This document shows positions 49,875-60,448 of a stretch of DNA of 64,000 nucleotides, piece by piece. Numbering within the stretch: position 1 is the first letter of the stretch; the number at the start of each line of letters is the position of its first letter. The notes under the pieces were generated by a model that was not told the origin of the DNA, ran no database searches, and was given only the letters and a program-made list of their open reading frames with translations. The DNA is from Nitrospirales bacterium. Lineage in GTDB: Bacteria; Nitrospirota; Nitrospiria; Nitrospirales; UBA8639. The stretch is taken from contig OZ245001.1 of NCBI GenBank assembly GCA_965223495.1, forward strand, positions 3,735,833 to 3,799,832, read 5' to 3'. The position numbers and the translations under genes were made by a program.

Positions 49875-50552
49875 TTTGAGTCCAGGTGTCCCACACCTAT
49901 TCGTCATGCGCTCGAGGGACCGACATGCTTCATGGCACGTAAAATGGGTTGGCCCGGGTGGCTTAAGGCCGAGATGATGCGGGGCTGCCTTTGCACCACG
50001 ACCGGCTTCACCACCGCGACGAATACGGCCAGGACTGAGGTTCAACCGGTAAAAAACGATGCAGATTGTGCCCTCCCTTTAAAATTGCACTGACACACAT
50101 CTTTTGTACTGACAAACTAGCGTTACCTCGCCCTTCGGACTGCACAGATTCGACAAACTCTGCTTCTCTCTGTTTGCTTTATTTCAGACTTTTTCCTAGT
50201 CTTTTTTTTTGCATCATCGCCCTTATTTTGCCGAAGGAAGAAGATTTATATCTTTATAAAAAGGATTGGCGGAGAAATATGTTAATGAACGCATACGACT
50301 CAAAGCGGGCATTCTGGTACTAGGCGCATAACTGGGAAAAGGTCGGATTGGCCTGGTCCCTTCAAACTAGTCCAGGTTCGGAGCGGACCAAAGGTCAGGT
50401 AACACGACCTAAGACGTGAGCTACGCCTTAAACAAACGGGGAACATTGTTGCTTGAGATTACACGTTAAAACGTCGGCAAGAACAACATCGTGTCCATTT
50501 CCCATACGGGCGAATATCTTTTGCTCTGGAGAGAATGAAGGAGTAAAGAATC

Positions 50553-51449
50553 ATGGATGCATTCATCAGTTACAGTTCACGTAACCGTGGCAAAGTGCGG
50601 AAGATTGCAGCCGACCTAGAAGCATTGGATCTCGAAGTTTGGTTCGACCAGGACGATATTCGGACCGGTCAACTACTCGGCATGGAATTGCAAGAAAGTG
50701 TGCGACGGGTCGATGCCGTCGTCTTAATGTGGTCACAGTTTGCCGCCCGCTCTCGCTGGGTTCACGTTGAGTGGATTACAGGATTGCACGAAGGCAAGCA
50801 CGTCCTTGTTTGCGCCCTGGACGATCACCCGATGATGCATTGGGCATCGAGTGCGGTGCATTTAAAAGTGGATCCTTGGACTAAGGCAAAGGCCAAGCGC
50901 TTGGCGCGAGACATCAGACAGGCTGTGGGGCAAGCCACAGCCATTCGCCCGCTAATGAATGTCCCCGAGCCAGAACTCTCTAAGGGGACCGATGCCATTG
51001 CAAAAGCACAGCAAATATTCCTGAACATGTTGTTAGAACGCAAAATGGAGGACGCCTCCAATGGACATAAATTGGTTACGGGCTTGCTCAAAAAGGCAAC
51101 TAAAATTTGGCCCTTAGACCCGATGGTGATCAAGCTGAACGGTTATCACCATAAAAATTCGTACATGCTTGATCATTGGAATGCCCTTCAAGCCGGACAA
51201 GGTCCCAAGAGCAAGTTATTGACCAAGTCGGAACAGTACTTTTTCCAGGCTCTTCACCTCAATCCTTTTGACGAAGAAGCCTTAAACGGTCTAGGCACTA
51301 CACTGACACTTTCCGGGGACTTGGATGCAGCCGAATACCTGCAAATCAAGGCAATTTCAACAGCGAAGAAAAAAGGGTTCGACTACAAACAAGCTAGGCA
51401 CGATCTGGCTATGGTTCGCCGAGCCAAGAATTCGGTGCAGTCACCTTGA
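50553..51449 (+). CDS. TIR domain + TPR protein
   Basis: FISYS...VWFD...G...SRWVHVEW (putative catalytic Glu); C-terminal TPR-like helices. Confidence 0.88.
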   Translation: MDAFISYSSRNRGKVRKIAADLEALDLEVWFDQDDIRTGQLLGMELQESVRRVDAVVLMWSQFAARSRWVHVEWITGLHEGKHVLVCALDDHPMMHWASSAVHLKVDPWTKAKAKRLARDIRQAVGQATAIRPLMNVPEPELSKGTDAIAKAQQIFLNMLLERKMEDASNGHKLVTGLLKKATKIWPLDPMVIKLNGYHHKNSYMLDHWNALQAGQGPKSKLLTKSEQYFFQALHLNPFDEEALNGLGTTLTLSGDLDAAEYLQIKAISTAKKKGFDYKQARHDLAMVRRAKNSVQSP

Positions 51450-51553
51450 TGGTGCGATCTTGTCACGGTCGTGGCCTGCCTTTTTCAAACTCGACCAGAT
51501 TTCGAGCTGGGATTCCGCAACCTCTACTACGTTTGAATAGTCCGCTCCTAGCC

Positions 51554-53225
51554 CAGGCTGTGTGAAAACTCCGCAGGAGAGTATAATGGCACTTTCCCAC
51601 GGAGGTGTCATGAATGAGCGGATTTATTCAAGGCGACGATCGCCACCAAGCGACTCTTTTTCCTGAACGGTTGGATGAATACATCGCTGAGGACAACGCG
51701 GTACGAGTGATCGATGTCTTCATTGACGAGCTGGATCTCTCCGGGTTGGGCTTCAAGATCCCTTCAGAAGAAACGGGCCGGCCCGCCTACCACCTCACAA
51801 CCTTGTTGAAGCTGTATGTCTACGGCTATCTCAACCGAGTACAGTCCAGCCGTCGCCTGGAACGCAAAGCCCACCGCAACGTGGAACTCATGTGGCTGAC
51901 CGGCCACTTAGCCCTGGACTTTAAGACGATCGCTGACTTTCGCATGAACAATGGCCCCGCCATTCGCTTGGTCTGTCGCGAGTTCATCCTGCTCTGCAAG
52001 ACACTCAATCTGTTTGCTGACGCCGGTGTGGCTATCGACGGCAGTCAGTTCAAGGCCGTGAATAATCGAGACCGAAACTTCACCAAGGCCAAGCTCCAGC
52101 GCCGCTTACAACAGATTGATGAGAGCCTTGCCCGCTATCTGAGCCAGCTTGCCAGCGCGGATCGACACGAAGCGACGATGGCCCAAGACAAAATTCACCG
52201 GCTCGAGGACAAGATCACGGCGCTGAAAAGCAGAAATGAAACGTCTGAAAACGCTCGCAGTCCACATGCATCAAGCGCCGGACCACCAGCTCTCCCTGAC
52301 GGACCCCGATGCGTGGTCGATGGCCACCAGTGGGCGCGGCACGGGGATGGTGGGGTACAACGTGCAGACCGCCGTCGAGGCGACGCACCACTTGATTGTG
52401 GCCCATGAGGTCATTAATGAAGGCCATGACCGTCACCAGTTGCACCACATGGCCCAACACGCGAAGGCGGCCATCGGAGCGGAGACGCTTGAGGTGGTGG
52501 CCGACCGGGGCTACTTCAGGAGTGAAGAACTTCTGGCCTGCGAGGAGTCGAAGATTACGACCTATCTCCCCAAGCCTCAGACATCAGGAAGCCCGAAGAA
52601 AGGCTTCTTGAGTAAACGCGACTTCATCTATCACGCGGACACGAATGAGTATGCCTGCCCAGCCGGGGAACGCTTGATCTGGCGATTCGAGACACAGGAG
52701 AAAGGCTTAACGCTTCACAAATACTGGTCCTCCCACTGCCCCAACTGTCCCATCAAGTCGCAGTGTACGACCGGGACCTATCGGCGAGTGACACACTGGG
52801 AACATGAAGCCGTGCTTGAGGCTGCCGAAGCCCGTCTCGAGCGAGAACCAGAGCGGATGCGCACGCGACGACAAACCGTCGAGCATCCATTTGGCACCTT
52901 AAAGTCCTGGATGGGCTCAACTCACTTCCAAACCAAAACCCTCAAGTAGGTGCGCACCGAGATGAGCTTGCATGTGTTGGCGTACAATTTCAAACGAGTA
53001 TTATCGATTCTTGGTGTGAAGCCACTCCTCCAGGCGCTCCAGGCATAGGTGGCGCCCTCATAGACGCAAAAAGGGACTCCTCAACGCCCCCCTTGAGGGA
53101 GCAGGTTGCCCGTGGGGACACAAAACAGAAAAGCTCATCTTAACGGCCAACTCAAGACGAGATGGGCTGACGCCCCAATAAGCACATGGCAAATGATGAG
53201 CGAATTGACTTTTTCACACAGTCTG
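51554..53225 (+). mobile_element. IS1182-family element, copy 2 (defective)
   Basis: IRs CAGGCTGTGTGAAAACT ... TTTTCACACAGTCTG. Confidence 0.92.
51614..53048 (+). pseudogene. IS1182 transposase with a +1 frameshift (~52228) and a premature TAG (52947-52949)
   Basis: Split ORFs 51614-52408 and 52236-52949; the C-terminal tail continues after the TAG. Confidence 0.88.
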
Positions 53226-53590
53226 GACCCAAAGCGGACATGCCGTTGCCTGTATTTATAGACTTTTGTATTTCTACCAGCGTGCCCAAGTTCGATCTTT
53301 GTACGATCCATAATACTTTTCAAGCATTAACCCTATCTCACCCCAAGGACCATCTGACAATCCATCAGGTGCACTGGCCATCCACGCCACTCTTGCCTGT
53401 CACCGCCTCCCTTTTTAAAAAACTACGTATCATGGGACCGAGTCTTAGGTCAGGTTAGGGAAAAGTTTTTTCGATAAATGAAGCTCCGGCTTTTCAGATT
53501 TCTTTTAGGATTTCAAAGGAAAGGTCTAAAAAGACAAGAAAGGGGAGAAGTAAGGAAATCCTGTGCTGTCCCATCTTGGGAGGCATTACA

Positions 53591-53619
53591 TTGACACTGT
53601 CTGACCATGGGTATAGGGT
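53591..53619 (+). promoter_or_regulatory. Possible sigma70 promoter
   Basis: TTGACA-N17-TAGGGT. Confidence 0.45.
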
Positions 53620-53865
53620 GAAGGTACGACGTATGATTCCACGTTGACATTCCTATCCCTCGCGCCTTCCTCTACTTCTCCTGCGCGTCTGATTCTGTTG
53701 TCTGTGCCATCTTACGCCTAACCTTTCCCTGTCTTTGCCGTCGCCTGGGGAGTCAGGGCTAATGGACGTTCGAGCAGGTTCTCTGAGCGGACGGTTCTGA
53801 TTGTCGGGGCTTATGGGCTAGAGTGGCTGCCAGGTTGACTGTCTCCATAGAGGAGGTCTCTCCTG

Positions 53866-53964
53866 TTGGAACTGAACTCATGGCTAGAAACGGGTATGGT
53901 CACCAGCGGGCTGGTGACGGTGTTTGGCCTGGTCATGTGGTTGTTATTCCGAAGTGGCCCATAA
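53866..53964 (+). CDS. Putative 32-aa single-TM small protein (absent from the ORF track)
   Basis: GAGGAGG RBS, TTG start; MELNSWLETGMVTSGLVTVFGLVMWLLFRSGP. Confidence 0.5.
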   Translation: MELNSWLETGMVTSGLVTVFGLVMWLLFRSGP

Positions 53965-54076
53965 GCAAACTCTTTCCTTACCTATGAGATTTGTTCACTT
54001 GCCTTTACAACCACTCAAGGTGTTTCGGGGCGACCACGTTCACCAGACAAGGGCTTCGTAGCAAAAGAGATGCGCC

Positions 54077-54301
54077 ATGTTTTGTCCACGCTGCCATGGG
54101 CTGATGACCAAAGAAACCTGTATCGATCTGAAGGACGAAATGGGGATTATCATGATCCCAGTTTGGCATTGTTTGCTTTGTGGGGAATTGGTGGACCACC
54201 TCATTTTACAACATCGTCACCATGTCCCGGCACCCATGAAAGATCATGCCCGGGTGGCACCTAATACGGTAATCACCGGCTTCCATGGTTCCCATGAATA
54301 A
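54077..54301 (+). CDS. Small CxxC...CxxC zinc-finger-like protein
   Basis: CPRCHGLM...WHCLLCGELVD. Confidence 0.72.
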   Translation: MFCPRCHGLMTKETCIDLKDEMGIIMIPVWHCLLCGELVDHLILQHRHHVPAPMKDHARVAPNTVITGFHGSHE

Positions 54302-54449
54302 TGTTTCTCAAGGCTGCCCCCAAGTGGAACGTTGGACTCCTGAGCCTGATCCTATTCATAGAGCACAAACCCGCTTCTTCATCACCCTGGTCTTAGGTAC
54401 GAGGTACGGATTCCAACACAAATACGATAGTCTTTTTGGAGGCACACAA

Positions 54450-54914
54450 ATGAAATTTTCCGTTGGCGTCAACGTACTGGCCGGGCTTGTTTTTCTGATG
54501 GGGGTCGGGTGTGGGCCTTCCGACTCCAGTTCTTCACCAGAGCGGGCCGGAAAGGAAAACGAAGAAGACGTGTCAGTCAGAGAACCCACAGTGATTGATC
54601 CAGTCTCACCACCTCAGGACAAAGAGCTTCAGGAGTATATCAAGGTGATAGGACAGCAAATGACAGAATTACAAAATTCCCATGCCGATCTGGTCAAAGC
54701 GGCACAACACGTTGGGTCTGATCCTGAACACCAGAGGTTATGGGAAACTTCGTTGGATGACCTCACCCTCAAGAGCAATGAAGTTGAGAGAAAAATTCAG
54801 GCCCTCAAGGCAGCCAAAGAGCAGGAGTGGATCACCCTTCAGCCGGGCTTAACCCACGCCCTGCAGGAACTCAGTGAATCATATGAACGGGCCCTTGCAC
54901 GAGTAGCTGGGTGA
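54450..54914 (+). CDS. Lipoprotein, coiled-coil
   Basis: GGAGG RBS; lipobox GVGC. Confidence 0.78.
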   Translation: MKFSVGVNVLAGLVFLMGVGCGPSDSSSSPERAGKENEEDVSVREPTVIDPVSPPQDKELQEYIKVIGQQMTELQNSHADLVKAAQHVGSDPEHQRLWETSLDDLTLKSNEVERKIQALKAAKEQEWITLQPGLTHALQELSESYERALARVAG

Positions 54915-55026
54915 AGAAGTCAGAACATAAACATGGAGTTCCATCATGCGCTGGAGACGCCACCAGGTCCCACCCTGAGAAGTGGGACGGGAACACAATC
55001 CACCAAACGCACATGGAAGGGTAGAA

Positions 55027-55314
55027 ATGCTCATGGATGTAGACACTCTGCTATGCGTCGCCTCCGAACTCGGATTAGTGATAACCACTCAGCGGCAAGG
55101 AGATCATGCCTTTCGTTGTCATATCCTTGAGATCGATCTTGGCCAGAAGGAGCAAGATTCCTTTCGACTCATTGCCGATGGGTTTGAAGCGGGGACGTGT
55201 TTGGAGGCCCAGACCCATGCGTATCATTATGCCCAACGATTATATCCGGCGCGGGCCGATCAGATGAAAAAGCCCCCCTATTTAATTTGGGGTGGGCCTT
55301 CCATCCATTTGTAA
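55027..55314 (+). CDS. Hypothetical protein
   Basis: Coding-like ORF ending KKPPYLIWGGP. Confidence 0.65.
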   Translation: MLMDVDTLLCVASELGLVITTQRQGDHAFRCHILEIDLGQKEQDSFRLIADGFEAGTCLEAQTHAYHYAQRLYPARADQMKKPPYLIWGGPSIHL

Positions 55315-55394
55315 TGGGTGGTCCAGAACTAGGGTGTGAAGAGGAATCATCCTCACCGCTAATGTTTCGAGAGCGTTAATCGAAAGGAGTGGAC

Positions 55395-55688
55395 ATGAAA
55401 TTACCAAAAACTTGGGGAAGTAAGACTCGAAAAACCAAACCCAAAGCACCTTCTCTTCCCATTCGCGGGAAGGTTGTCAAAATATCTGATTTTCAAAAGA
55501 CGTCGGATCCCGGCACCATTCAAGATATCAGAAGTCAGGGCCAGATCCTGGCCAGTCGAGGATTGGGGCAGGAGGTGCCAAGCTACGCATCTGAAAAAGA
55601 GCCAGTCCCGGACATGACTTTACTTCCTAGAAGGAGCAGACAAACAGGCCGACACCAGAATTCATCAATCACCGACCCAAAATGCTGA
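55395..55688 (+). CDS. Hypothetical basic protein
   Basis: AGGAG RBS; no recognised motif. Confidence 0.4.
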   Translation: MKLPKTWGSKTRKTKPKAPSLPIRGKVVKISDFQKTSDPGTIQDIRSQGQILASRGLGQEVPSYASEKEPVPDMTLLPRRSRQTGRHQNSSITDPKC

Positions 55689-55922
55689 GACTTGACTATC
55701 TACTGTGGTAAGCATGTGGTAGAGTGAAGACACTCATGGCCTTGGGCTTTGGCCATAAGCCGTCAACCGAACAAAGCCCGTTACCGGTGTGATTTTGCCC
55801 GAGAGATTCCTCGGAAGAGTTTGACCCCAGTCGCCTGAACGACGCGTCCGCGGCCTATCCCTTCGAAGTGTTCCACCTCACTCGAGCCTAAGACACTATC
55901 ATTTATCAAAAGGAGGAACCCC

Positions 55923-56225
55923 ATGGGTTCAAAATTGTATGTTGGTGGGTTGCCGTATTCGGCGACTCAAGCCGAATTAACCGATCTGTTTTCCGCGCAT
56001 GGCACGGTCCAAACCGTGAACGTCATTATGGACAAATACTCTGGCCAATCCAAAGGGTTTGGTTTTGTCGAAATGTCGTCAGGAGAAGAAGCTCAGGCCG
56101 CCATTGCCGCCTTAAACTCTACAGAGTTTGGCGGAAGAACGTTGACGGTCAATGAGGCGAGACCTCAAGCGCCACGCAGTGGTGGTCGGGATTTTGAGGG
56201 AAGTAAACGTCGCAGTCGGTTCTAA
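55923..56225 (+). CDS. RRM-domain RNA-binding protein
   Basis: RNP2 (LYVGGL) and RNP1 (KGFGFVEM); Gly/Arg tail. Confidence 0.96.
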   Translation: MGSKLYVGGLPYSATQAELTDLFSAHGTVQTVNVIMDKYSGQSKGFGFVEMSSGEEAQAAIAALNSTEFGGRTLTVNEARPQAPRSGGRDFEGSKRRSRF

Positions 56226-56247
56226 CGAACTGAATCACCTTCAGAAG

Positions 56248-56280
56248 GACGGGAGGGGCAACAAGGCCCCTCCCGTTTTT
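56248..56280 (+). terminator. Rho-independent terminator
   Basis: ACGGGAGGGGC-loop-GCCCCTCCCGT followed by a T-run. Confidence 0.85.
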
Positions 56281-57154
56281 CATAACACCGAGCAGGTGCC
56301 GCACACATTGCCCAATCCCCACTAACCGACTCCAAAACAGGTTTTTTACCTCATCAATTTTCACAAGCCCTTCACTGGCAATGCCTTCTCTTTCTCAAAC
56401 CCACTGACGGCCAATCAGCTGCTCTAAATCATAGTGGACTTTAAATAGGTCAGAGGGATTCAAGCCTTATTTGCATCAGCCACTCCATTTGCACACCAGA
56501 AACAATGGGATAACCCTTCATTGATCGTTAGCTGAATCTTACGGCCAAATCATCTCCAAAGTCGGCTTTTGGCAACCCAAAGCGGACATTCCGTTGCCCG
56601 TATTTGTTAGCCTTTGGTATTTTTAATCAGCGGACCACAGGTTTGGTCCTTGTACAGTCCACCAATTTCCATCGATTACTTATATCCATGCTGCATTGGT
56701 TATTTTTCAATGGTGCTAGGTTGGTGCTATGTTTGGAAATTCTTGGTTGAGTATCTCCAAGATCGCGCAATTGCAAATATGGATAGAATATTAGACTTCG
56801 GATCGATGGGAAAGGGATTGTCTAAGATATTGAAAACCTGACATCCCCTCTCTTGTCTTAGGTTTTGTTCTCCTCGCCTACAAGTCTCTCCTTGCGGCTC
56901 TTAGACGGGTTTTATCTCTCTTTTGCTCTCTTTTTAACACCTATTTAACCCTAAAAAGAGTAATCCATCTTTTACGATTTAAATATTCTCAATCGTTAGG
57001 TCAATTGCTTCATCGAGTAGTGGCCGTTGGGGCGTTTGGGTGACGTTTCTCCTGCCTGGGGACCCACTCTCTCAGAAAGAATCCTCCCTTCTCTTTCTCG
57101 GCAGTCGAGCGGACTGATGCGATTGAGGACAAAACTATACGTTTGTCAAAGGGG

Positions 57155-57412
57155 TTAAACACAGTGCCGTTGTAAACGTTTGATCATACAGGGAACTTCG
57201 CTGTTCCCCTCTCTCCGCTTTTTTTGAAGCACCATGAACCCAAGACTGACCAGGGCCATCCCCAACCAAGGCATTGGCAGCCCAGACTGCATTCCTTGAC
57301 TGAAAGCGAGCGTCTGAACTTGGCTCAGAATCTGGTCTGCCGCTTGGGCACCCCCTAGCAGCATCATGGTCATCATCGAACCCAAGATCATTCCACAAAA
57401 TAGCTTCAACAT
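57155..57412 (-). CDS. Small secreted/membrane protein with a C-terminal TM + basic cluster
   Basis: Signal peptide (AQA); LPMPWLGMALVSLGFMVLQKKRR. Confidence 0.6.
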   Translation of the reverse strand: MLKLFCGMILGSMMTMMLLGGAQAADQILSQVQTLAFSQGMQSGLPMPWLGMALVSLGFMVLQKKRREGNSEVPCMIKRLQRHCV

Positions 57413-58511
57413 GGTCGTCCCCCTTGAAAAGAGGTTATCTTACTAGCCACCTGTCGATTCTCCGAAGGGAAAGGAAATCCAACAAACATTGTAGAAACCT
57501 CCACCGTTCTCCGTTCCCCTTGGCCTCTTCAAAGATTTCGCACATAAATAGATTTTGGGAAATACCCCATAAGACCGAGTCCGCTGATTTCTTTTCGAGC
57601 CCATTAGTCTTGTCCGTTGCAAACTCAAACATTTCCTGTCTCCCTCGGTGGAGTGCTATCTCACTCAGCGGTTCCAGTATGGGGTTTGGGTTTCCCAAAA
57701 GATCGAATACTCTCCACACCTGAACATGCAAGAATATTCGTGGCGCTTGAAGAAGGCTGCCGCAGCAACGGCACCCAAGGGGCACCAAGTGTGCTCAAAT
57801 TCTCCTATTGGTCCGATGTATTAAAGTCCAAAATGGGATAAGATGTCAGGGACACCGGAAAGTAACCCTATGCCACCTACCCACCCCTTACCATCTTCAC
57901 GCAACGCCGGCTCAAACGTCGATTCCTCGGCTCGTCTGTCGCTAGCTATCCGGACACTTGACCGATTGATCATTCGCATAGACCAACTCGTGACCTTAAC
58001 GGATCCTTTATTGACAGAGACGTCTCGTCGCCCAGCAGTCTCAAAGCCCTCCGAGGCCTCTGCCCGGCAGGACCTTACTTCCTAGGCTGCCCCCTGGGCA
58101 CTCCACATGCCCAGTCCTCACTCTCAACCACTACCAAGCGGAGGGCACCCCCATAAAAGCCAATGACGCTGCTGGGGGGATGACTCAACTCGTCTCATGT
58201 GAACGAAGCCTGTAGGGTCTTTCCTACAAAGAGGGGAAGTAGCCTACATGAGGGTCATAAGCGGGGAGGGGAGCTCTTCCCTGGTTGCACCCACTTCTTC
58301 TCAATCAAATCAATTAGTTGCTTTTCCCTCACCCGTCTGTGCCCCAACGGGCATATATTATGCTTTTTGTTAGTGAGAGGGTAGAGATCATCCTGAACGG
58401 CGTCTGAGGTCAACTCCCAGTCGAGGGGAGAAGGCAAGTTACAACCTGCCAGATGGGAGGGCCAACTCCTCCCGGTGTGTACTTGATGCCTTCGGGGAAA
58501 AGGAGAAGAGG

Positions 58512-58976
58512 GTGATGAAACTATGCCAAGACAACTTGCCCTGGGAGAGCCCCCTTATCCGTTCACCCATCACCCCTCCCTGCATCTTGGTGGTAGAAGA
58601 TAATCGGTCTGTCGCCGTCCTGTTAGAAACGACCTTAAGGTCTTGGGGCTATGAAGTTTGTGTGGGCCGGAATGGTCAGGAGGGTTTGGGGCTTCTAACT
58701 ATTCATACCGTGGATGTCATTTTCCTGGACCTGGAAATGCCCGTGATGGATGGTCGCACCATGCTCAAGGAAGTCCAGTTGGCCGGATATTCCATGCCGG
58801 TGTGGGTCATGTCGGGTGGCCTGAATAGACAAGCTCTTTCGCCCCTTCTTGCTGAGGGGGCGCAGGGCTTTTTGATGAAACCCTTCGGGCTTGCCGCGCT
58901 TGAACAGGCGTTGGGTCAGATCTTTGGTCCATCTCTGTCCTCAGTCCCTCTGAACAAGACTGAGTTTTCATTGTAG
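58512..58976 (+). CDS. Stand-alone response regulator receiver protein
   Basis: ILVVEDN, FLDLEMPVMDG and FLMKPF motifs. Confidence 0.92.
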   Translation: MMKLCQDNLPWESPLIRSPITPPCILVVEDNRSVAVLLETTLRSWGYEVCVGRNGQEGLGLLTIHTVDVIFLDLEMPVMDGRTMLKEVQLAGYSMPVWVMSGGLNRQALSPLLAEGAQGFLMKPFGLAALEQALGQIFGPSLSSVPLNKTEFSL

Positions 58977-59551
58977 GACAATTTGTCCTCTCGCCCTTCC
59001 CAAGTGGCTTATAACAAACCTGGGATGCTCTCTTCCCCCGTAAACCCGCCAAATCAATCCGGATCTTCTCCTCCCCACTAAATTTCCGGCGGGTCGTTCG
59101 CTTCAGGTCTCGGACCAGTTTGTCCGCTTCACGTTTTGTGCCTCATTTTGGCTTCTACCTCACTCCTTTTCAGAGATATGATGTACTCAAAACATCACTT
59201 TAGCAAGCTCATTTCATTTGGACCAATTAGGCTGACACGGAACATCCGCTGCCAGCCAGTAACCCCTCATTCAGAAGCAGGAAATCTTGATGGTCGCAAA
59301 GTGACCTACAGCGGGCAGGAGGGAATCTTGAACGGGGCAGGTTACGACCTAGTTCTTTTGAGGGGTGTTGACAATCAAGGGAGAAACGGTACAGTTCCAC
59401 TGTCCCTTTCCTTCTCCCCTCAGGTTTCCTACGGAATCGCGGTTGGAGAAGCGAAAGGAGATAACAGGAAAAGATAATCATCCTTGGTTGGTTTATGCAG
59501 TAACCTGCCTCGTCCGGTTGCGTCAGGCACATCATTATAGGAGGTGTTTTC

Positions 59552-60223
59552 ATGAAACATGTTCTACCCCCACCATTCTTTATTCGACTACTGGCCGTCG
59601 GTATCCTGGTTGTGGGATTAACCGACTCCACCTTCGGCCAAGTGGACCCACCCCCCGCCGGGCCGGTGAGTGATCTCGCCACCACGGCCGAAATGTCGGC
59701 TCAGCACGACATGATCCAACAGGACATTGCCGATGTTGACACGAACCTGGGGGCCCAGATTCAAGAGGTCAAAGAGTTGGTGGAGGCACTCGGGTCCAAC
59801 GATCCAGGGTTTCACGACCCCTGTAATAGTGGAGGGACCGAAGTGGGTGACCGCTGGATTGTCTCCCGCTCGGGTCGGACGGTCTGCGATAAAGATACGA
59901 ATACCACCTGGGAGCAGCAGCCGACTGTTCTGAAACGCACCTGGGACGACAGTGTCGCCTATTGCCAGAACTTAGGCTTAGGTGGCGGGTGGGCCTTGCC
60001 CTCGATCGACATCTTAGTGAGCCTGGTGGATACCAATAATACTGATCCAGCCCTGCCCACGGACCACCCCTTTACCAATGTCCAGACCGATTCTAATTTT
60101 GGCTATTGGTCGGCGACGACGCCGCCTGACGCCGCCGGCAATCGGGTTGGCGTCAGTTTCTTCAATGGCGACCAGTTTAGCGAACCGAACTTCTTTTCCA
60201 ACTGGACGTGGTGTGCGCGCTAG
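59552..60223 (+). CDS. Secreted DUF1566 (Lcl C-terminal) domain protein
   Basis: D..T.TTWEQ; TWDDSVAYC; WALPSI..L; YWSATT; WCAR. Confidence 0.88.
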   Translation: MKHVLPPPFFIRLLAVGILVVGLTDSTFGQVDPPPAGPVSDLATTAEMSAQHDMIQQDIADVDTNLGAQIQEVKELVEALGSNDPGFHDPCNSGGTEVGDRWIVSRSGRTVCDKDTNTTWEQQPTVLKRTWDDSVAYCQNLGLGGGWALPSIDILVSLVDTNNTDPALPTDHPFTNVQTDSNFGYWSATTPPDAAGNRVGVSFFNGDQFSEPNFFSNWTWCAR

Positions 60224-60358
60224 ACCAGGGGTGATGCGGATCTTCCCCGAACCTTTGACGAGGCTGCGCTTCGGCACGGGCTTGGCGGGATTGGTTCCTT
60301 GGAGATATCGGAGAAAAAATAGGGCTTAGCCAATCACGATAAAGAAAATGTTCACATT

Positions 60359-60391
60359 AAGCCTCACACGATCTGGTGTGGGGCTTTTTTG
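60359..60391 (+). terminator. Rho-independent terminator
   Basis: AAGCCTCACAC-loop-GTGTGGGGCTTTTTT. Confidence 0.75.
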
Positions 60392-60448
60392 TTCTATGCC
60401 ATTAGTCTTCCCTGCCTTGTGGTGTGATTGAAATGTCGGCTTCTGGCC

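Noticed and set aside
52220-52240. Programmed -1 frameshifting in IS1182 copies 2 and 3
   Set aside because: Restoring the frame needs +1, there is no A-AAA-AAG type slippery site, copy 1 is a single ORF, and a downstream TAG also interrupts the gene.
57435-58085. ORFs 57435-57788 and 57843-58085 as confident genes
   Set aside because: No recognisable motifs or clear RBS; they may be decayed or spurious.
59552-60223. DUF1566 gene as the target of a diversity-generating retroelement
   Set aside because: DUF1566 folds can be DGR targets, but I saw no second copy of its 3' region (template repeat) and no reverse transcriptase in the window.
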